The translations under genes and the position numbers were made by a program. Below the pieces are notes generated by a model that searched no databases, was not told where the DNA came from, and worked only from the letters and a program-made list of their open reading frames with translations. Positions 10,713 to 22,768 of a stretch of 64,000 nt of DNA are shown one piece after another (within the stretch, counting starts at the first letter, position 1; every line of letters starts with the position of its first letter). Source of the DNA: an uncultured Methanobacteriaceae archaeon (GTDB lineage Archaea; Methanobacteriota; Methanobacteria; Methanobacteriales; Methanobacteriaceae); the NCBI GenBank assembly GCA_963776515.1, contig CAVZMY010000002.1:182259-246258 (forward strand), written 5' to 3'.

Positions 10713-10773
10713 CGTATCTTTAGAGAAATAATAAAAAAAAATATTAATTGGATGATATAATTTAACGAATAAT

Positions 10774-10995
10774 TTAATTAAAATTCTTTTTCTCTGTTTC
10801 CTCTTCTAAGAGATCCAGTCTATCATCAACTTCTTCAACCAATTTACCTATTTTTTCAACCAATTGAAGAGTGTCAAATGTCCAGTTTGCAACCAGTTTG
10901 TTATCCATCTCCCCCTTTTCTATGCAACGGGTTATAATTTCTCCTAAACTTTTGATCTCATCAAGTACTTCAAAAACCTGTTTTTCTTCAGACAT
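10774..10995 (-). CDS. Small coiled-coil hypothetical protein
   Basis: 73-aa helical ORF with GAGGTG SD upstream. Confidence 0.7.
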   Translation of the reverse strand: MSEEKQVFEVLDEIKSLGEIITRCIEKGEMDNKLVANWTFDTLQLVEKIGKLVEEVDDRLDLLEEETEKKNFN

Positions 10996-11147
10996 TAACT
11001 TTCACCTCAAGGCGTTATTTATTATTATTTTGTTGTTACATTGATGTAAAATTTTCTGAAAAATAATAATTCATACTTTGAAGTTGTTGAAAAAAAATGT
11101 TATCGTAAATAAAAATAAAAAGGAAATTTATTGTTGGAATAGATATA

Positions 11148-11828
11148 TTAAAGCGCTTCAAGGGCGTTTACAACACATCCTATATTCTCACCATTCATCC
11201 CCACTATGACATCATCAGATTTAATATCTGCAAATTTCCTTGAACCATTACATCCCAAGGTTATGTTAGGTCTTTTAGTGGTATATGGTCCAGCAACAGC
11301 ATCTCCACATATAGATTGAATTCCAGCAAAATCTGCCTCAAACCTTCCCCCTAAAGTGTATACCATTGCTTGAGCTAACTGCATAGCTTGTTTAGGGTTG
11401 CAAATTACTACCACAACATCTGGATCAAATGGTGCTGTTTCTAGGGGAGCGTAAACTATTGCTTTCATGATAGGATCAATTTTTGGAATTGCATCGACTG
11501 TTCTCTTGGCAGAACCTAAACTTGAAAATCTTCCAAGAGAATAATACATTTCACCAGATTTTACTTTTTCAGGAGGTTCCATTAGCCCTATTGCTCCAGC
11601 GCCGCCTTTACATTGTTGTTCTTCGGAGGTTGCATAAAATGTCGAGCCTTGAGATGCCATTTGAACCATTTCACAGTGCCTTACATTCTTTTCGATCTTT
11701 GAAATACCTTCAGGAATGTCCTCTTCTTTCAAAACAAGTTTAATTGCTACTGGAGATTTTTCTAATCCTAATTTATTCTTTATCTTCAGTGATAAATCAT
11801 TATATCCATTCACATCACAACTACTCAT
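11148..11828 (-). CDS. DUF169 family protein
   Basis: SPVAIK, RHCEMV, CKGGA, QSICGD, TLGCNGSR conserved Cys motifs. Confidence 0.85.
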   Translation of the reverse strand: MSSCDVNGYNDLSLKIKNKLGLEKSPVAIKLVLKEEDIPEGISKIEKNVRHCEMVQMASQGSTFYATSEEQQCKGGAGAIGLMEPPEKVKSGEMYYSLGRFSSLGSAKRTVDAIPKIDPIMKAIVYAPLETAPFDPDVVVVICNPKQAMQLAQAMVYTLGGRFEADFAGIQSICGDAVAGPYTTKRPNITLGCNGSRKFADIKSDDVIVGMNGENIGCVVNALEAL

Positions 11829-12028
11829 GATTTCACCTCTAATCTTAATGTGTTAGAACAATAATATAATTTTAGTTAATAACAGTGTGAAGTCATAAAT
11901 ATTTAAAATAGGATAATTAGAGGAATTAAAAAAAATAAATTTTATGTTAGCTAAGAATTAAGACAAAAATGAATATTTAAAATAAAATAAATGTTTATAT
12001 TGTTGAAATAGACATCCATTTTTTATTG

Positions 12029-12763
12029 CTATGATCTTGCACCTTCAACCAATTCTTTTATTTTTGCTTTTATATTTGAGGTGTTTTCTACAACTGTCCC
12101 AGTAACTATAATATCCGCACCAGCTTTCGCAACAGTTGCTGCATCTTCACCTGTTCTTATTCCTCCCCCCACGATTACTAGAGTGTCAGTAGTTTTTTTC
12201 ACCATCTGGATCATTTCCTTAGGAATGTGTTGATCAGCTCCTGATCCTGCTTCTAAGTAAAGCAGTTTCATGCCCATAAACTCTGCAGCCATTGCATAAG
12301 CAGCAGCTAGATCTGGTTTGATTCTTGGTATTAACTTTGCATCACCAACCCATCCAACTGTTCCACCAGGCTCAACAACAAGATACCCCATAGATATGGT
12401 TTCAATTCCCATTTTCTTAATTATTGGAGCACCTAGAGCTTGTGCACCAGTTATCCAATAGGGATTGCTGGAATTCAGGAGGCTCATAAAAAATATGGCA
12501 TCAGCATATTTACTAACGCCACTTATATTTCCTGGGAAAAGTATTATTGGTACATCGACATTTTCTTTGAGTGCTTTAGCCGTTGCATCAAGCTCTGTTG
12601 AGTCTGATGTAGATCCTCCTAACATTATTCCATCTGTCCCTCCAGAAACTGCCTCTACTGCAATTTTTACAGCATCTTCAGGACTTTGTTCCTCAGGGTC
12701 TAGAAGGGTAAGATGTATCTTATGATCCTTTAAAGATTCTCTAATATAATTTTCAACATTCAT
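12029..12763 (-). CDS. Geranylgeranylglyceryl phosphate synthase
   Basis: HLTLLDP, GGST, FMSLLNS, YLEAGSGA, VGGGIR. Confidence 0.93.
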   Translation of the reverse strand: MNVENYIRESLKDHKIHLTLLDPEEQSPEDAVKIAVEAVSGGTDGIMLGGSTSDSTELDATAKALKENVDVPIILFPGNISGVSKYADAIFFMSLLNSSNPYWITGAQALGAPIIKKMGIETISMGYLVVEPGGTVGWVGDAKLIPRIKPDLAAAYAMAAEFMGMKLLYLEAGSGADQHIPKEMIQMVKKTTDTLVIVGGGIRTGEDAATVAKAGADIIVTGTVVENTSNIKAKIKELVEGARS

Positions 12764-12920
12764 CTAATCACTCGAGTTTGAATTATAAGTTATATTACAA
12801 AATTATTATCAAAAAAAATGTATCAAAATAAATATTAAATAAATATTTTAAATAATAAAAATTAAGTCCATAATTTAACATGAAGGATTATAACCTCCTG
12901 TTAAATCAGATATGAACTAT

Positions 12921-13067
12921 TTAACCTCTCGGTTCCTTTGCCTTGTATCTTAAGCCCTTGTAACCGCATTTTCTACATGTTTTAGCGGTTGGAGGGTTTC
13001 TTGCGTTACATTTAAGGCAAATTTTAATCTTGAACAGTCTATTTTCTGCTTCTTCAAATCTAGCCAT
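12921..13067 (-). CDS. rpl40e: 50S ribosomal protein L40e (absent from the ORF track, 48 aa)
   Basis: Manual translation [48 protein letters not shown]; GGAGG SD. Confidence 0.95.
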   Translation of the reverse strand: MARFEEAENRLFKIKICLKCNARNPPTAKTCRKCGYKGLRYKAKEPRG

Positions 13068-13069
13068 TT

Positions 13070-13579
13070 TTAGCCTCCTATAAATTCATTTTGAATCTTA
13101 ACAACTTCTGTACTTGTTTTAGCACATGAATATGCCTCTAATAACTCATGGTTGAGTTTTAGAAAATGAGGTCCCCACTTGAACTGGGACATTATTTCAA
13201 CAGCATTATCTTTAAGCCCCACTATATAAAAAGTTGCTGCAATTGCCTCTGCAGTAGAGAGTTTGCATGGTTTTCCATAGTTGGTTGGATTGGATGCAAC
13301 AAGGAAAGGAAGAGTTCTGTGGTATTTTTTACCTTTGAACATGGTACTTGACTTTTGTATCCTATTCCATGAACAGTCAAGACCTACAATACCATTTTTT
13401 TCGACAATTTCTCTGTCCTCTGGTGAAGCTGACTTTTCTGTGAATGGATCAAGAACCATCGCCCCTCTTGGCAGCATGTTTAGTTTTGTAACTACTCTAA
13501 TCTTGCCTTGTTTTTGAAGTTTAACTGTTGTGCATTTCTTTGGGTCGCACTGTTCTGCATGGTACACTGTTACATTCAT
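13070..13579 (-). CDS. tsr3: 16S rRNA aminocarboxypropyltransferase Tsr3 (DUF367)
   Basis: [41 protein letters not shown]. Confidence 0.92.
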   Translation of the reverse strand: MNVTVYHAEQCDPKKCTTVKLQKQGKIRVVTKLNMLPRGAMVLDPFTEKSASPEDREIVEKNGIVGLDCSWNRIQKSSTMFKGKKYHRTLPFLVASNPTNYGKPCKLSTAEAIAATFYIVGLKDNAVEIMSQFKWGPHFLKLNHELLEAYSCAKTSTEVVKIQNEFIGG

Positions 13580-13708
13580 GATTATACATCTCTACCTTAA
13601 ACTTTCCACTATAAAAATCATTGCAATATCATCATCTTTAAATTGTTGGATATAATATTAAAGTTTTATTTCATACACAATCGATTAATTTGTAATGGTC
13701 GTTAATAA

Positions 13709-15836
13709 TCAGATATCATTACGTTCATTATCTAATATCATCGATACTGCACAGCCGGGATTTTTAAATCTTCAAGATCGTAATAACGTCCACCTGAAGC
13801 AACTGCGAGCTCCATGTTCATGTCCCTACCATATTTAACTGTAAGTTCAAAGTTCACCACAATTGTGTGAATTTCATTATCTTTAAGTTCACCAGCAATT
13901 TTCAATGCGTCTTTAGGGGATTTTCATCTACGGCAATGTTGGGCATGCCGTCTGTGAGTATTAACATCATGGGAACATATTCTTTTTGAATTTTTCCTTT
14001 TTAAGGATTTCAAATCCCATTTTCATTCCAGATGCAAGTGGAGTTGTTCCCCCTATCGTTATGTTATCAATTTGTTCTTTAAATGAAATTGCTCTTTTGG
14101 TTGTTGGAATTATAACCTTGGCTTCTTTACCCTTAAATCCAACTACACTTATTTTATCGCCCTGTTTGGCTGCATCATCAATAACATTGATTAAAATATC
14201 TTTAACTCTTTCAGCTTTCTTTTCAGAGAACATCGATCCACTTATATCTACAACAAGAGCTAATGAAGCCTTTGCACCATGTTTTCTAACTTTATGTCGT
14301 AATATCTTCACTTTTAACACTTATTCTTCCCTCAGAACTCATTGCAGCTGCTCTAAGAGTGGCATCGATTGCAATATCATTTTTTAAATCTCTTGAAAGT
14401 CGACTTTTTACATATTTACCCTTTTGTGTGGTTGAATCTACCCTTTTACCATAGAGTTTCCTCTTTTTTTTACCCTTAATTTTTAGCAGTTTTTTTATAT
14501 CGAGCCCCTCTTCACAAGAATTTATATCCTCTTCCTTTTCGAGACTTTTAAGCTTTTTACCTTTCTCTATGGTGTTTGAATTATTATCTGAAGATTCCGA
14601 GGACTGTTCATCCGGATTTTGAGTATTATTATCTTCTTGGCCCTTTGGTTTTCTTGAATCTTCTCCTGATTCTCCTTTTTGTGGATTTTCCGGTTTTTCT
14701 TTCTGATTTCCTGGTTTTTGGTTTGTTTCAGAACCTTGATCATCACCTTTCTGATCATTCATTTGATCATTATTTTTTCCATCAGAATTTTGCTGCTGCT
14801 CTTCTTGTTTCCTTTTTTTTCTTAGAAATATCTTCCATGAGCTTTTTGTAACCATCTGATTGATTTTATTCTTATTCTGAGACGATTTATGAACCCTTTC
14901 TCCAAGTACCAGTAGAGCTGCTTCCTCTACATGATCAATGGTTACATCATCCAGGTTCTGATAGGCAGCAATTGTCTTTGAAGTTTTTAAAATTGCTATA
15001 TCTGCCCTGTGACCATCAACACCCATTTCCATACAGATGTAAGCTATAATTCCCATAATATCCCTAGAAACATGCACTTTTTTGAGCATTATCTCGTGCT
15101 GTTACAATACTCTTCAAGTATTAAATCCTGTTTCTTCTTGAATTTATCTTTGAATGCGGATGGATCCTTCTCAAATTCTTCACGTCTCTCCATTATTTTA
15201 ACTCGTTCTTCCAAATCCATGATGCTGTGTACAGATATGTGGAGACCAATACGGTCTGAAAGTTGAGGTCTAAGTTCGCCCTCTGCAGGGTTCATTGTAC
15301 CTACTAACATGAAGTTGGACGGATGTGCAACTGAAATTCCTTCCCTTTCAACAATATTTACTCCATATGATGCTGCATCCAATAATACATCAACCAGATT
15401 ATCGTCAAGAAGGTTGATTTCATCAACGTAGAGGATATTCCTGTTTGCATCTGCAAGTATTCCGGGTTCTAATGATTTTATACCCTCTTTTAGAGCTTTT
15501 TCTATGTTTATGGATCCAACAACTCTGTCTTCAGTTGAACCTAGTGGTAGTTCTACTACACTCATTTTCTTGGTTTCTATCTCAAAATCTTCTGATTTGC
15601 ACGAATCGCATAGTGAATCTTTATCATCAGGATCGCAGTTAAAAGGACAGCCCTTAACAACTTTAAGTGGAGGCAGAAGATCTGCTAAAGCCCTGACTGC
15701 AGTTGTTTTACCTGTTCCCTTGTCGCCTTTTATTAGAACCCCACCAATACTCGGGTTTATGGCATTCAATATTAAAGATTTTTTAACGTCATTTCTGGCC
15801 CACAATTGCTGAAAATGGAAAAATAAGGTTTTTCAA
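13709..15836 (-). CDS. Mg/Co-chelatase ChlI/ChlD-type AAA+ - linker - vWA protein (several frameshifts)
   Basis: FPFSAIVG start, [33 protein letters not shown], charged linker, [11 protein letters not shown], vWA DISGSM, GGTTPL, TDGMPN. Confidence 0.88.
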
Positions 15837-16045
15837 TAGTCTCACCTTTTATTAGAAGTGTGTATCTCTTGATTTGTTTATTTAATCAATATATTTTGAT
15901 TGTTTATATGGAATTTAGAGAATAAATACTTAGTTAAGAATGAGAATTATTAAACTTCTAATTTTCATGATTTTTTTTAATTCATTGATTTTTTTAATGA
16001 CAACTAATAAATATTACACAAAACATAGTAAATTTTGGTGATCAT

Positions 16046-16201
16046 ATGTGTACAGTTGGAGGCCCAATGGCCGATATTAAGATGAAAAAACTAAAAACCA
16101 AACGTTATAAATGTTTGGATTGTGGAAATGAATTTAAAGGCATTGGAAAAAGAGTTGTATGTCCTTCATGTCAGTCCGACAACGTCAAAGAATTGGATTA
16201 A
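16046..16201 (+). CDS. Small zinc-ribbon protein, 51 aa (absent from the ORF track)
   Basis: MCTVGGPMADIKMKKLKTKRYKCLDCGNEFKGIGKRVVCPSCQSDNVKELD; GGTGA SD upstream. Confidence 0.8.
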   Translation: MCTVGGPMADIKMKKLKTKRYKCLDCGNEFKGIGKRVVCPSCQSDNVKELD

Positions 16202-16207
16202 GTCCGG

Positions 16208-16652
16208 ATGAAATATTGTTTTTAATTGGAAGTTCGGGAGAACTGGGCCTGTGCAAAAACTGGCCGTGACATGCAGATATTTCATAGGAACTCCTGAAAA
16301 GGAAGAAATTGTTGTTTTTCTTAGGAAAAGATGACTTAATTGCTGTTTCTACATTTAATGCAGGATTAAAGGAAGAAAATGGAATCAAATCGATGATTTA
16401 TCTTCTTAAAGAATTTTCATCCCCTATAATAGTTCTTCCTGAAAATCATCCAACTTCAAAAAGGCTTAAAATGGTTGTTGCTTGTGGAGATCATATAAGA
16501 TTAGACTGTAATGTACAAGCAGGAACACATCCAGAACAGGACATTCTATGTGCATGTAAAGATCTCTCAGGATTGGATATAAAGCCGTGCCAGATGGTGT
16601 TGAAATAGAAGGAATTGTTAAAGATTTTAAAATCGAAAAAGTAGATCATTAA
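16208..16652 (+). CDS. Hypothetical protein (frameshifted, start uncertain)
   Basis: Core 16309-16608 reads as protein (GTHPEQDILCAC); flanks continue in other frames. Confidence 0.55.
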
Positions 16653-16749
16653 TGCCCTTAATTCTATTAAAAGTCCTAAAATAGTCTGAAATAATCTTCT
16701 TTAATCTAATTAAATAATTTAATATAGTAGTAAACACTAAATTTATAAT

Positions 16750-17452
16750 ATGGTTTTTTACGAATTTTATCAGATATTTGGACAGATAGTCTTTGTTCTT
16801 GTTCTAGTAATACTCGCACTACTTTCTGTGACGTTAATACTTGGAAAACTTTTAATTAAAGAGGATAAACTTGTTTTTCCCCGGCTTTTACTTTTTACGA
16901 TTGATATGTTCTACGGTACTCTTTAAAAAATTCTCTGAAAATGTTGGAGTGGATGCTAAAATTGTTGATCAGATAGGTGTAGAGGTAAGAAACAATGTTA
17001 ATGAGAAGTACTTTAAAAAAATAGAACCACAAGACAAGATATTAGTCCTTCCACATTGCCTCAGGCATGGAGATTGTGAAGCTAAACTAGAATCATCAGG
17101 ACTTGTCTGTAAAGATTGTAACCGCTGCGTTATAGGTGTTCTTAAAAATAAAGCAGAAGGTATGGGATTTAAAGTCTTTATTATACCAGGATCGACTTTT
17201 CTAAAAAAAATACTCGAAAAAAATGATTTCAAAGCTGTTCTGGGAGTTGCATGTTATCAAGATCTTAATCTTTCAATGATGAAACTATCAAAGTTTTCAT
17301 GCCAAGGAGTTCCTCTTCTTAAGGATGGATGTATCAATACAAAGGTCGATCCAAGAGCAGTTCTCGAAAAAATGGGAGAAATTCAGGAAAAAGGAAAACA
17401 GTTAGGAGTCAATGGTTGTGATAATGAATCATACACCCCTAAAACTTTGTAA
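16750..17452 (+). CDS. DUF116 family membrane-anchored protein (frameshift near 16880-16920)
   Basis: N-terminal TM helix from ATG 16750; LPHCLR, C..C..C, FIIPGST, GVAC..DL, GC.NT.VD. Confidence 0.85.
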
Positions 17453-17676
17453 TAATTATACTTTATTGTAATGTATTAAAAATTTTTTTTAAATTTAAAA
17501 AAAATCTATAGGTCAAATAATATGAAGATTGATCTATAAAGGACAGATATATACTCATTTTAACGCATCAATGGATGTATACACTTGGGTAAATAGTTTA
17601 TTATTATATAAAACCTAATTATTCATATAATAATTATTAAAGATTAAACTAGCGAATATTTTAGGAGGATATCCCA

Positions 17677-18243
17677 ATGGAAAAGGTACTTTTTATATGT
17701 GCAAGTCCACGGAAAAATGGTAATACTGCCCAAGTACTCTCAGAATGTGCCAAAATTATAGAGAAACAGGGATTAAAAACAGAAATTGTTTATTTAAGAG
17801 GAAAAACAATTGAATCCTGCCATGCGTGTGGTAAATGTGCAAAAATCAAAAAATGTAAGATAGATGATGGATTAAACGAAATCATAGATAAAATAAGGGT
17901 TTCTAAAGGTTTCATAGTAGGGACACCAGTATACTTTGGAACAGCAAGGGGAGACTTAATGGCAGCATTACAAAGAATTGGTTATGTCTCAATGAACACT
18001 GACCGTTTCCTATCATGGAAGGTAGGTGGGCCTATTGCAGTTGCAAGGCGTGGTGGACAAACTTCAACAATTCAAGAACTTTTAATGTTTTATTTAATAA
18101 ATGAAATGATTGTACCCGGTTCAACCTATTGGAATATGGTATTTGGAAGAGAAAAGGGAGAAGCCATCAAAGATGAAGAGGGCATGCAAACAATAAGAAA
18201 GTTCGGGAAAAATGTTGCAAAACTCATAACAAAAATAGTATAG
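17677..18243 (+). CDS. Iron-sulfur flavoprotein (Isf) / flavodoxin family
   Basis: SPRKNGNT, CHACGKC...C, GTPVYFG, RRGG. Confidence 0.9.
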   Translation: MEKVLFICASPRKNGNTAQVLSECAKIIEKQGLKTEIVYLRGKTIESCHACGKCAKIKKCKIDDGLNEIIDKIRVSKGFIVGTPVYFGTARGDLMAALQRIGYVSMNTDRFLSWKVGGPIAVARRGGQTSTIQELLMFYLINEMIVPGSTYWNMVFGREKGEAIKDEEGMQTIRKFGKNVAKLITKIV

Positions 18244-18298
18244 AAATATTTTTGTATAATCTCAATAAAATTGTCATATACCATAAAAGAGAAGAACT

Positions 18299-19056
18299 AT
18301 GTCGAATGGACAACTCTACGAGAAGTATGCAGAATATTACGACAAAATATATGCATATGTAGATTATAAAGGAGAATCGGAGTTCATAAATTGGGCTGTA
18401 AAAAAACATAACCCCAGTTCAGGAAATGAATTGTTGGATGTTGCTTGTGGAACCGGATCACATGCACAAATTCTTAAAAATAATTTCAATAGTCACCGGA
18501 ATAGATATAAACGAGAATATGCTCAAGATAGCTCGTGAAAAAGTTCCAGAATCAAATTTCATCAGCGGAAATATGAAAAAACTGGAAATAGAATTTAAGT
18601 TTGATGTTGTTATTTGTATATTTTCAGCTATCCATTACAACACTGACTACATAGAACTTGAAAATACCCTAACAAATTTTTATAATCAGCTTGAAAAATG
18701 ATGGAATTTTAATATATGATTTAAGCTTTAACACAGATAATTGGATAGAAGGAATTGTTAGTGTAGACACTGTGGCTGAAGAAGAACTTAAAATTGCAAG
18801 AATATGTCAATCCCGACTAGAAAAAGGGATTTTTAATGCTAATTTCGTTTTTCTTATTAAAGACCAAGGAAAATTTGATTTCGATGTAGATGAACATAAA
18901 ATAGGTGTTTTTGAAATTGATAAAGTCAACAAGATAATGGAAAAAATCGGGTTTAAAACTTATATATATGGGGATTTTAGTCATAAAAAATGGGAAAGTG
19001 AAGAATGTCAAAGACCAGTATATGTTGGGATTAAAAATACAAAATGGGAGAAATAA
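18299..19056 (+). CDS. Class I SAM-dependent methyltransferase (frameshifts near 18490 and 18697)
   Basis: LLDVACGTGSH, GIDINENMLKIA, FDVVIC motifs across three frames. Confidence 0.85.
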
Positions 19057-19057
19057 T

Positions 19058-19393
19058 ATGAGAATAGCAGTTTCTGTTACTGAAGACGAGAAATTTACTG
19101 AACATTTTGGAAGGGCTCAGAAATTTCTTATCTATGAATTCGATGGTGAAAAGACCGAATTTATTGATAGAAGAGTATCTAATAAAATTCCAGGCGAAAA
19201 ACATCAATGGGGAAAATCTTTAAAAGTAGTTGATGACTGTGATGTGGTTATATGTTTACAGATAGGAATGACTGCAAAACCTGGCCTTAAAAGTATGGGC
19301 AAAAAAGTTGTTGAAGATGAAGGGCCTGTAGAAGAGGTTTTAACTAGATTTGTTGATCATGAAAAATTTATGAACAAACCACTGAACTTCTAA
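19058..19393 (+). CDS. NifB/NifX family FeMo-cofactor-binding domain protein
   Basis: MRIAV...EHFGRAQKFLIYE, DCDVVICLQIG. Confidence 0.85.
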   Translation: MRIAVSVTEDEKFTEHFGRAQKFLIYEFDGEKTEFIDRRVSNKIPGEKHQWGKSLKVVDDCDVVICLQIGMTAKPGLKSMGKKVVEDEGPVEEVLTRFVDHEKFMNKPLNF

Positions 19394-19477
19394 TTTTTTA
19401 AGGTATAATAAATTAAATCTACAATAATAAATTAAATCTCAAATAGTTTTTAATATAATTAATTAGGTGCCTAAAAA

Positions 19478-19933
19478 ATGAAAGTATTAATAACATACAA
19501 CTCTATTCATCGTGGAAACACTGAGAAAATTGCCAATGCAATGGCAACAGCAATTGAAGCAGACCTAATTAAGTATGATAAAGTAGATGGATACAACATC
19601 TTGGACTATGATTTAATAGGCTTTGGCTCAGGGATCTATTACGGAAAAGCAAACAAAGAGTTTTTAGAATTTATAGATAATTTACCCCCTATAAAAAAAC
19701 GTAATGCATTTGTATTCACCACCAGTGGGAAAGAAAATCCGAAATACGCAGAAGCTCTAGCAGAGTCACTTACAGAACATGGTTTTGTAGTTGTTGGAAA
19801 ATTCTCGTGTAAAGCATTTGATGTTTGGGGTCCATTAAAATTAATTGGCGGTATTAACAAAGGCAGACCGAATGCAGATGACCTTAAAAATGCTGAAACA
19901 TTTATTAACAGATTGATAGAAGATTTAAAGTGA
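19478..19933 (+). CDS. Flavodoxin
   Basis: S.H.GNTEKIA, GFGSGIYYG, GRPNADD. Confidence 0.88.
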   Translation: MKVLITYNSIHRGNTEKIANAMATAIEADLIKYDKVDGYNILDYDLIGFGSGIYYGKANKEFLEFIDNLPPIKKRNAFVFTTSGKENPKYAEALAESLTEHGFVVVGKFSCKAFDVWGPLKLIGGINKGRPNADDLKNAETFINRLIEDLK

Positions 19934-20250
19934 TATTAACTAGATCGTGAATATTATTATTATTGGTATTCACAAATTTTAAATTAATATGTTAGGAATT
20001 TGTGCACCCATGATAAAAACTATATAACGATGAAGTTAAATTGAATAAGCACGGTGTAGATATCAATCCTAATACTGTTTTTAAAATTGTTACATGATCG
20101 GGTAATGGATCTTCAACAATATTTATAAAACATGAATAAGAGTTATAAAATAAATGATTTTAATCTAAGATACTTGATTATGATTTTTTGTGTTTATATC
20201 CCGAATATGAGTTTTTTAATTATAAAATTTTTATAGGTAAGAGTGATAGA

Positions 20251-20835
20251 ATGGCTAAAGCAAGACGTAGAAGAGTAAGAGATACTTGGAAAGAAAAAGA
20301 ATGGTACACGATAATGACTCCTAAAGATTTTGGAGATGCAGAAATAGGTACAACACCTGCAAGAGATCCTGAACTTCTGGTTAGAAGAACAGTTGAATCA
20401 TCACTTCGTGAACTCACTGGAGACTTCAGTAAACAGTACATAAAACTTTTCTTCCAAATTAGGAATGTTGCTGGAACAACAGCAAACACTGAATTTGTTG
20501 GACATCAGGTTACAACCGACTATGTTAGAAGTATGATAAGAAGGGGAACAAGTCGTATAGACGCAATAGTCAATGTCACATCAAAGGATGGAATAAAACT
20601 CAAAATTCATGTGCTTGCTATTACAATTAAAAGGGCTAAATCTTCCCAGCAAAAATTTATAAGGGAAACCATGGAAAAAATGGTCCAAAATGCAGCTAAA
20701 GATAAAAACTTCCAAGAACTCATTGAAGATGTTCTCGGCGGGAAAATGGCATCACACATTTACCACGAATCTAAAAAGATTTACCCTCTAAAACGTGTTG
20801 AAACCATTAAAACTCGTGTAATTGAAGAAAAATAA
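20251..20835 (+). CDS. rps3ae: 30S ribosomal protein S3Ae (eS1)
   Basis: RVRDTWKEKEWY, DYVRSMIRRGTSRID, KKIYPLKRVE; likely start ATG 20251. Confidence 0.95.
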   Translation: MAKARRRRVRDTWKEKEWYTIMTPKDFGDAEIGTTPARDPELLVRRTVESSLRELTGDFSKQYIKLFFQIRNVAGTTANTEFVGHQVTTDYVRSMIRRGTSRIDAIVNVTSKDGIKLKIHVLAITIKRAKSSQQKFIRETMEKMVQNAAKDKNFQELIEDVLGGKMASHIYHESKKIYPLKRVETIKTRVIEEK

Positions 20836-20850
20836 TAACGCGGGAGTTAA

Positions 20851-21519
20851 ATGTTTAATCCTCTGGAATATGTGTTCCTTATAGTTGTCATTGGGCTTAT
20901 TACCTACTGGAGAAAGGCCCTTGATCTATTTGGATCCATTTTCATGATTATTATGGGCATAGTAATTATTTTTACTGCTGGTGCAAACTGGCTTATTTTA
21001 ATATTCCTTTTCTTGATACTTGGACTAGTTTCAACCAAATACAAACACCAGTATAAAAAAGATATCGGTGTTTATGAAGGTACAAGAACACTGAAAAATG
21101 TTATTTCTAATGGAATAGTACCATTCATAATGGCTGCCTTTGGAAATTATGGAGGATTCATAGGTTCAATTGCAACTGCAACTGCAGACACTCTCGCTAG
21201 TGAAATTGGTGTTACTGCACAACCAAGACTCATAACAACATTTAAAAAAGTACCTCCAGGAACGGACGGCGGAATTTCAGTACTAGGAACTGTCGCAGGA
21301 ATTATTGGTGCAGGAATAATAGGAATAGCAGCCTACTTGTTAGGAATTTTCCCTGATCCATTCGTAACTTTCAAAATTTCTATAATAGCAGGTACCGTTG
21401 GCTGCTTTGTAGACAGTATACTAGGAGCAGTATTAGAACGAAGAAATTATATTTCCAACGAATATGTCAATCTAATAGCTACAATTACAGGAGCTGCCTT
21501 AGGCATCATCATGGTTTAG
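20851..21519 (+). CDS. DUF92 / TIGR00297 membrane protein
   Basis: R...NV.SNG, ADTLASEIG, VPPGTDGGIS, DSILGA. Confidence 0.88.
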   Translation: MFNPLEYVFLIVVIGLITYWRKALDLFGSIFMIIMGIVIIFTAGANWLILIFLFLILGLVSTKYKHQYKKDIGVYEGTRTLKNVISNGIVPFIMAAFGNYGGFIGSIATATADTLASEIGVTAQPRLITTFKKVPPGTDGGISVLGTVAGIIGAGIIGIAAYLLGIFPDPFVTFKISIIAGTVGCFVDSILGAVLERRNYISNEYVNLIATITGAALGIIMV

Positions 21520-21527
21520 GTGATAAA

Positions 21528-22755
21528 ATGAAAGGAATCATAATGATCATAGATGGGATGGGAGATCGTCCCCTTAAAGAGCTAGGATACAAAACACCCT
21601 TAGAAGCTGCAATAACTCCCAATATGGATAAAATGGCAGAAAATGGGATATGTGGAATCATGGATCCGATTAAACCAGGTATACGTCCTGGAAGCGACAC
21701 TTCACACATATCAATACTTGGATATGACCCTTATAAAGTTTATACCGGTAGAGGCCCTTTCGAAGCTGCAGGGGTTGGTGTGGATGTTCTCCCTGGAGAT
21801 ATAGCATTCAGATGCAATTTTTCAACAGCAGATGAGAATGGAATAATTACCGATAGACGCGCAGGAAGGATACGAGAAGGAACCGAAGAGTTAGCCAGAT
21901 GTATAGATGGAATTAGTGTTGATCAAGATGTTGAGGTAATATTTAAAGAATCAACAGGTCACAGAGCAGTCCTTGTTCTTAGGGGTAAAGGTCTTTCAGA
22001 TAAGGTTTCGGACGCAGACCCAAAACACGAGGGAAAAGCACCAAAGATTGTTGTAGCCATAGATGGATCACAAGAAGCAAATAAAACTGCAAATATCCTG
22101 AATAAGATCGTAAAAGAATCTTATAAAATACTCAAAAACCATCCTCTGAACTTAAAACGAATAGATGCAGGTAAACCCCCGGCTAATATAATCATACCAA
22201 GGGGTGCTGGTGCAGTTCCTAATGTACAACCATTTGGTGAAAAATATGGTTTGAAACCTGTTTGTATAGCTGAAACCGGGCTTAATCAAAGGAATAGCAA
22301 AAATCGCTGGTATGGAACTAGTCGATATAGAAGGTGCTACAGGCGGTATCGACACTAATTTGGAGAATATTAAGAATGGAATCATAGAGACAGCTGCTAA
22401 GGACTATGATTTTCTGTTGATCAACGTGGATGGTGCTGATGAAGCTGGTCACGATGGTCAAATGGAAGAAAAAGTCAGATTCATTGAAAAGGTTGATGCG
22501 GTTATTGGAGAGCTCATTGGAATAAAAGATGTTTATTTCATATTGACTGCAGATCATTCCACCCCTATATCTACAATGGACCATACTGGTGACCCGGTTC
22601 CAATAGTAATTTGTGGACCAGAAGTAAGAGTCGATGATGTGAAAAATTTCAATGAAAGAAGTGTTACAAAGGGCGGTTTGTGCAGGATCAGGGGAGATAA
22701 TATCATGGACATCCTCATGGACCTCATGAACCTGTCAACTAAATTCGGAGCATAG
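21528..22755 (+). CDS. apgM: 2,3-bisphosphoglycerate-independent phosphoglycerate mutase (frameshift near 22280)
   Basis: [44 protein letters not shown]. Confidence 0.92.
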
Positions 22756-22768
22756 AGAGGTTACAATA

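Noticed and set aside
19406-19444. Tandem repeat TAATAAATTAAATCT x2 upstream of flavodoxin
   Set aside because: Only two AT-only copies; not a CRISPR array and plausibly slippage.
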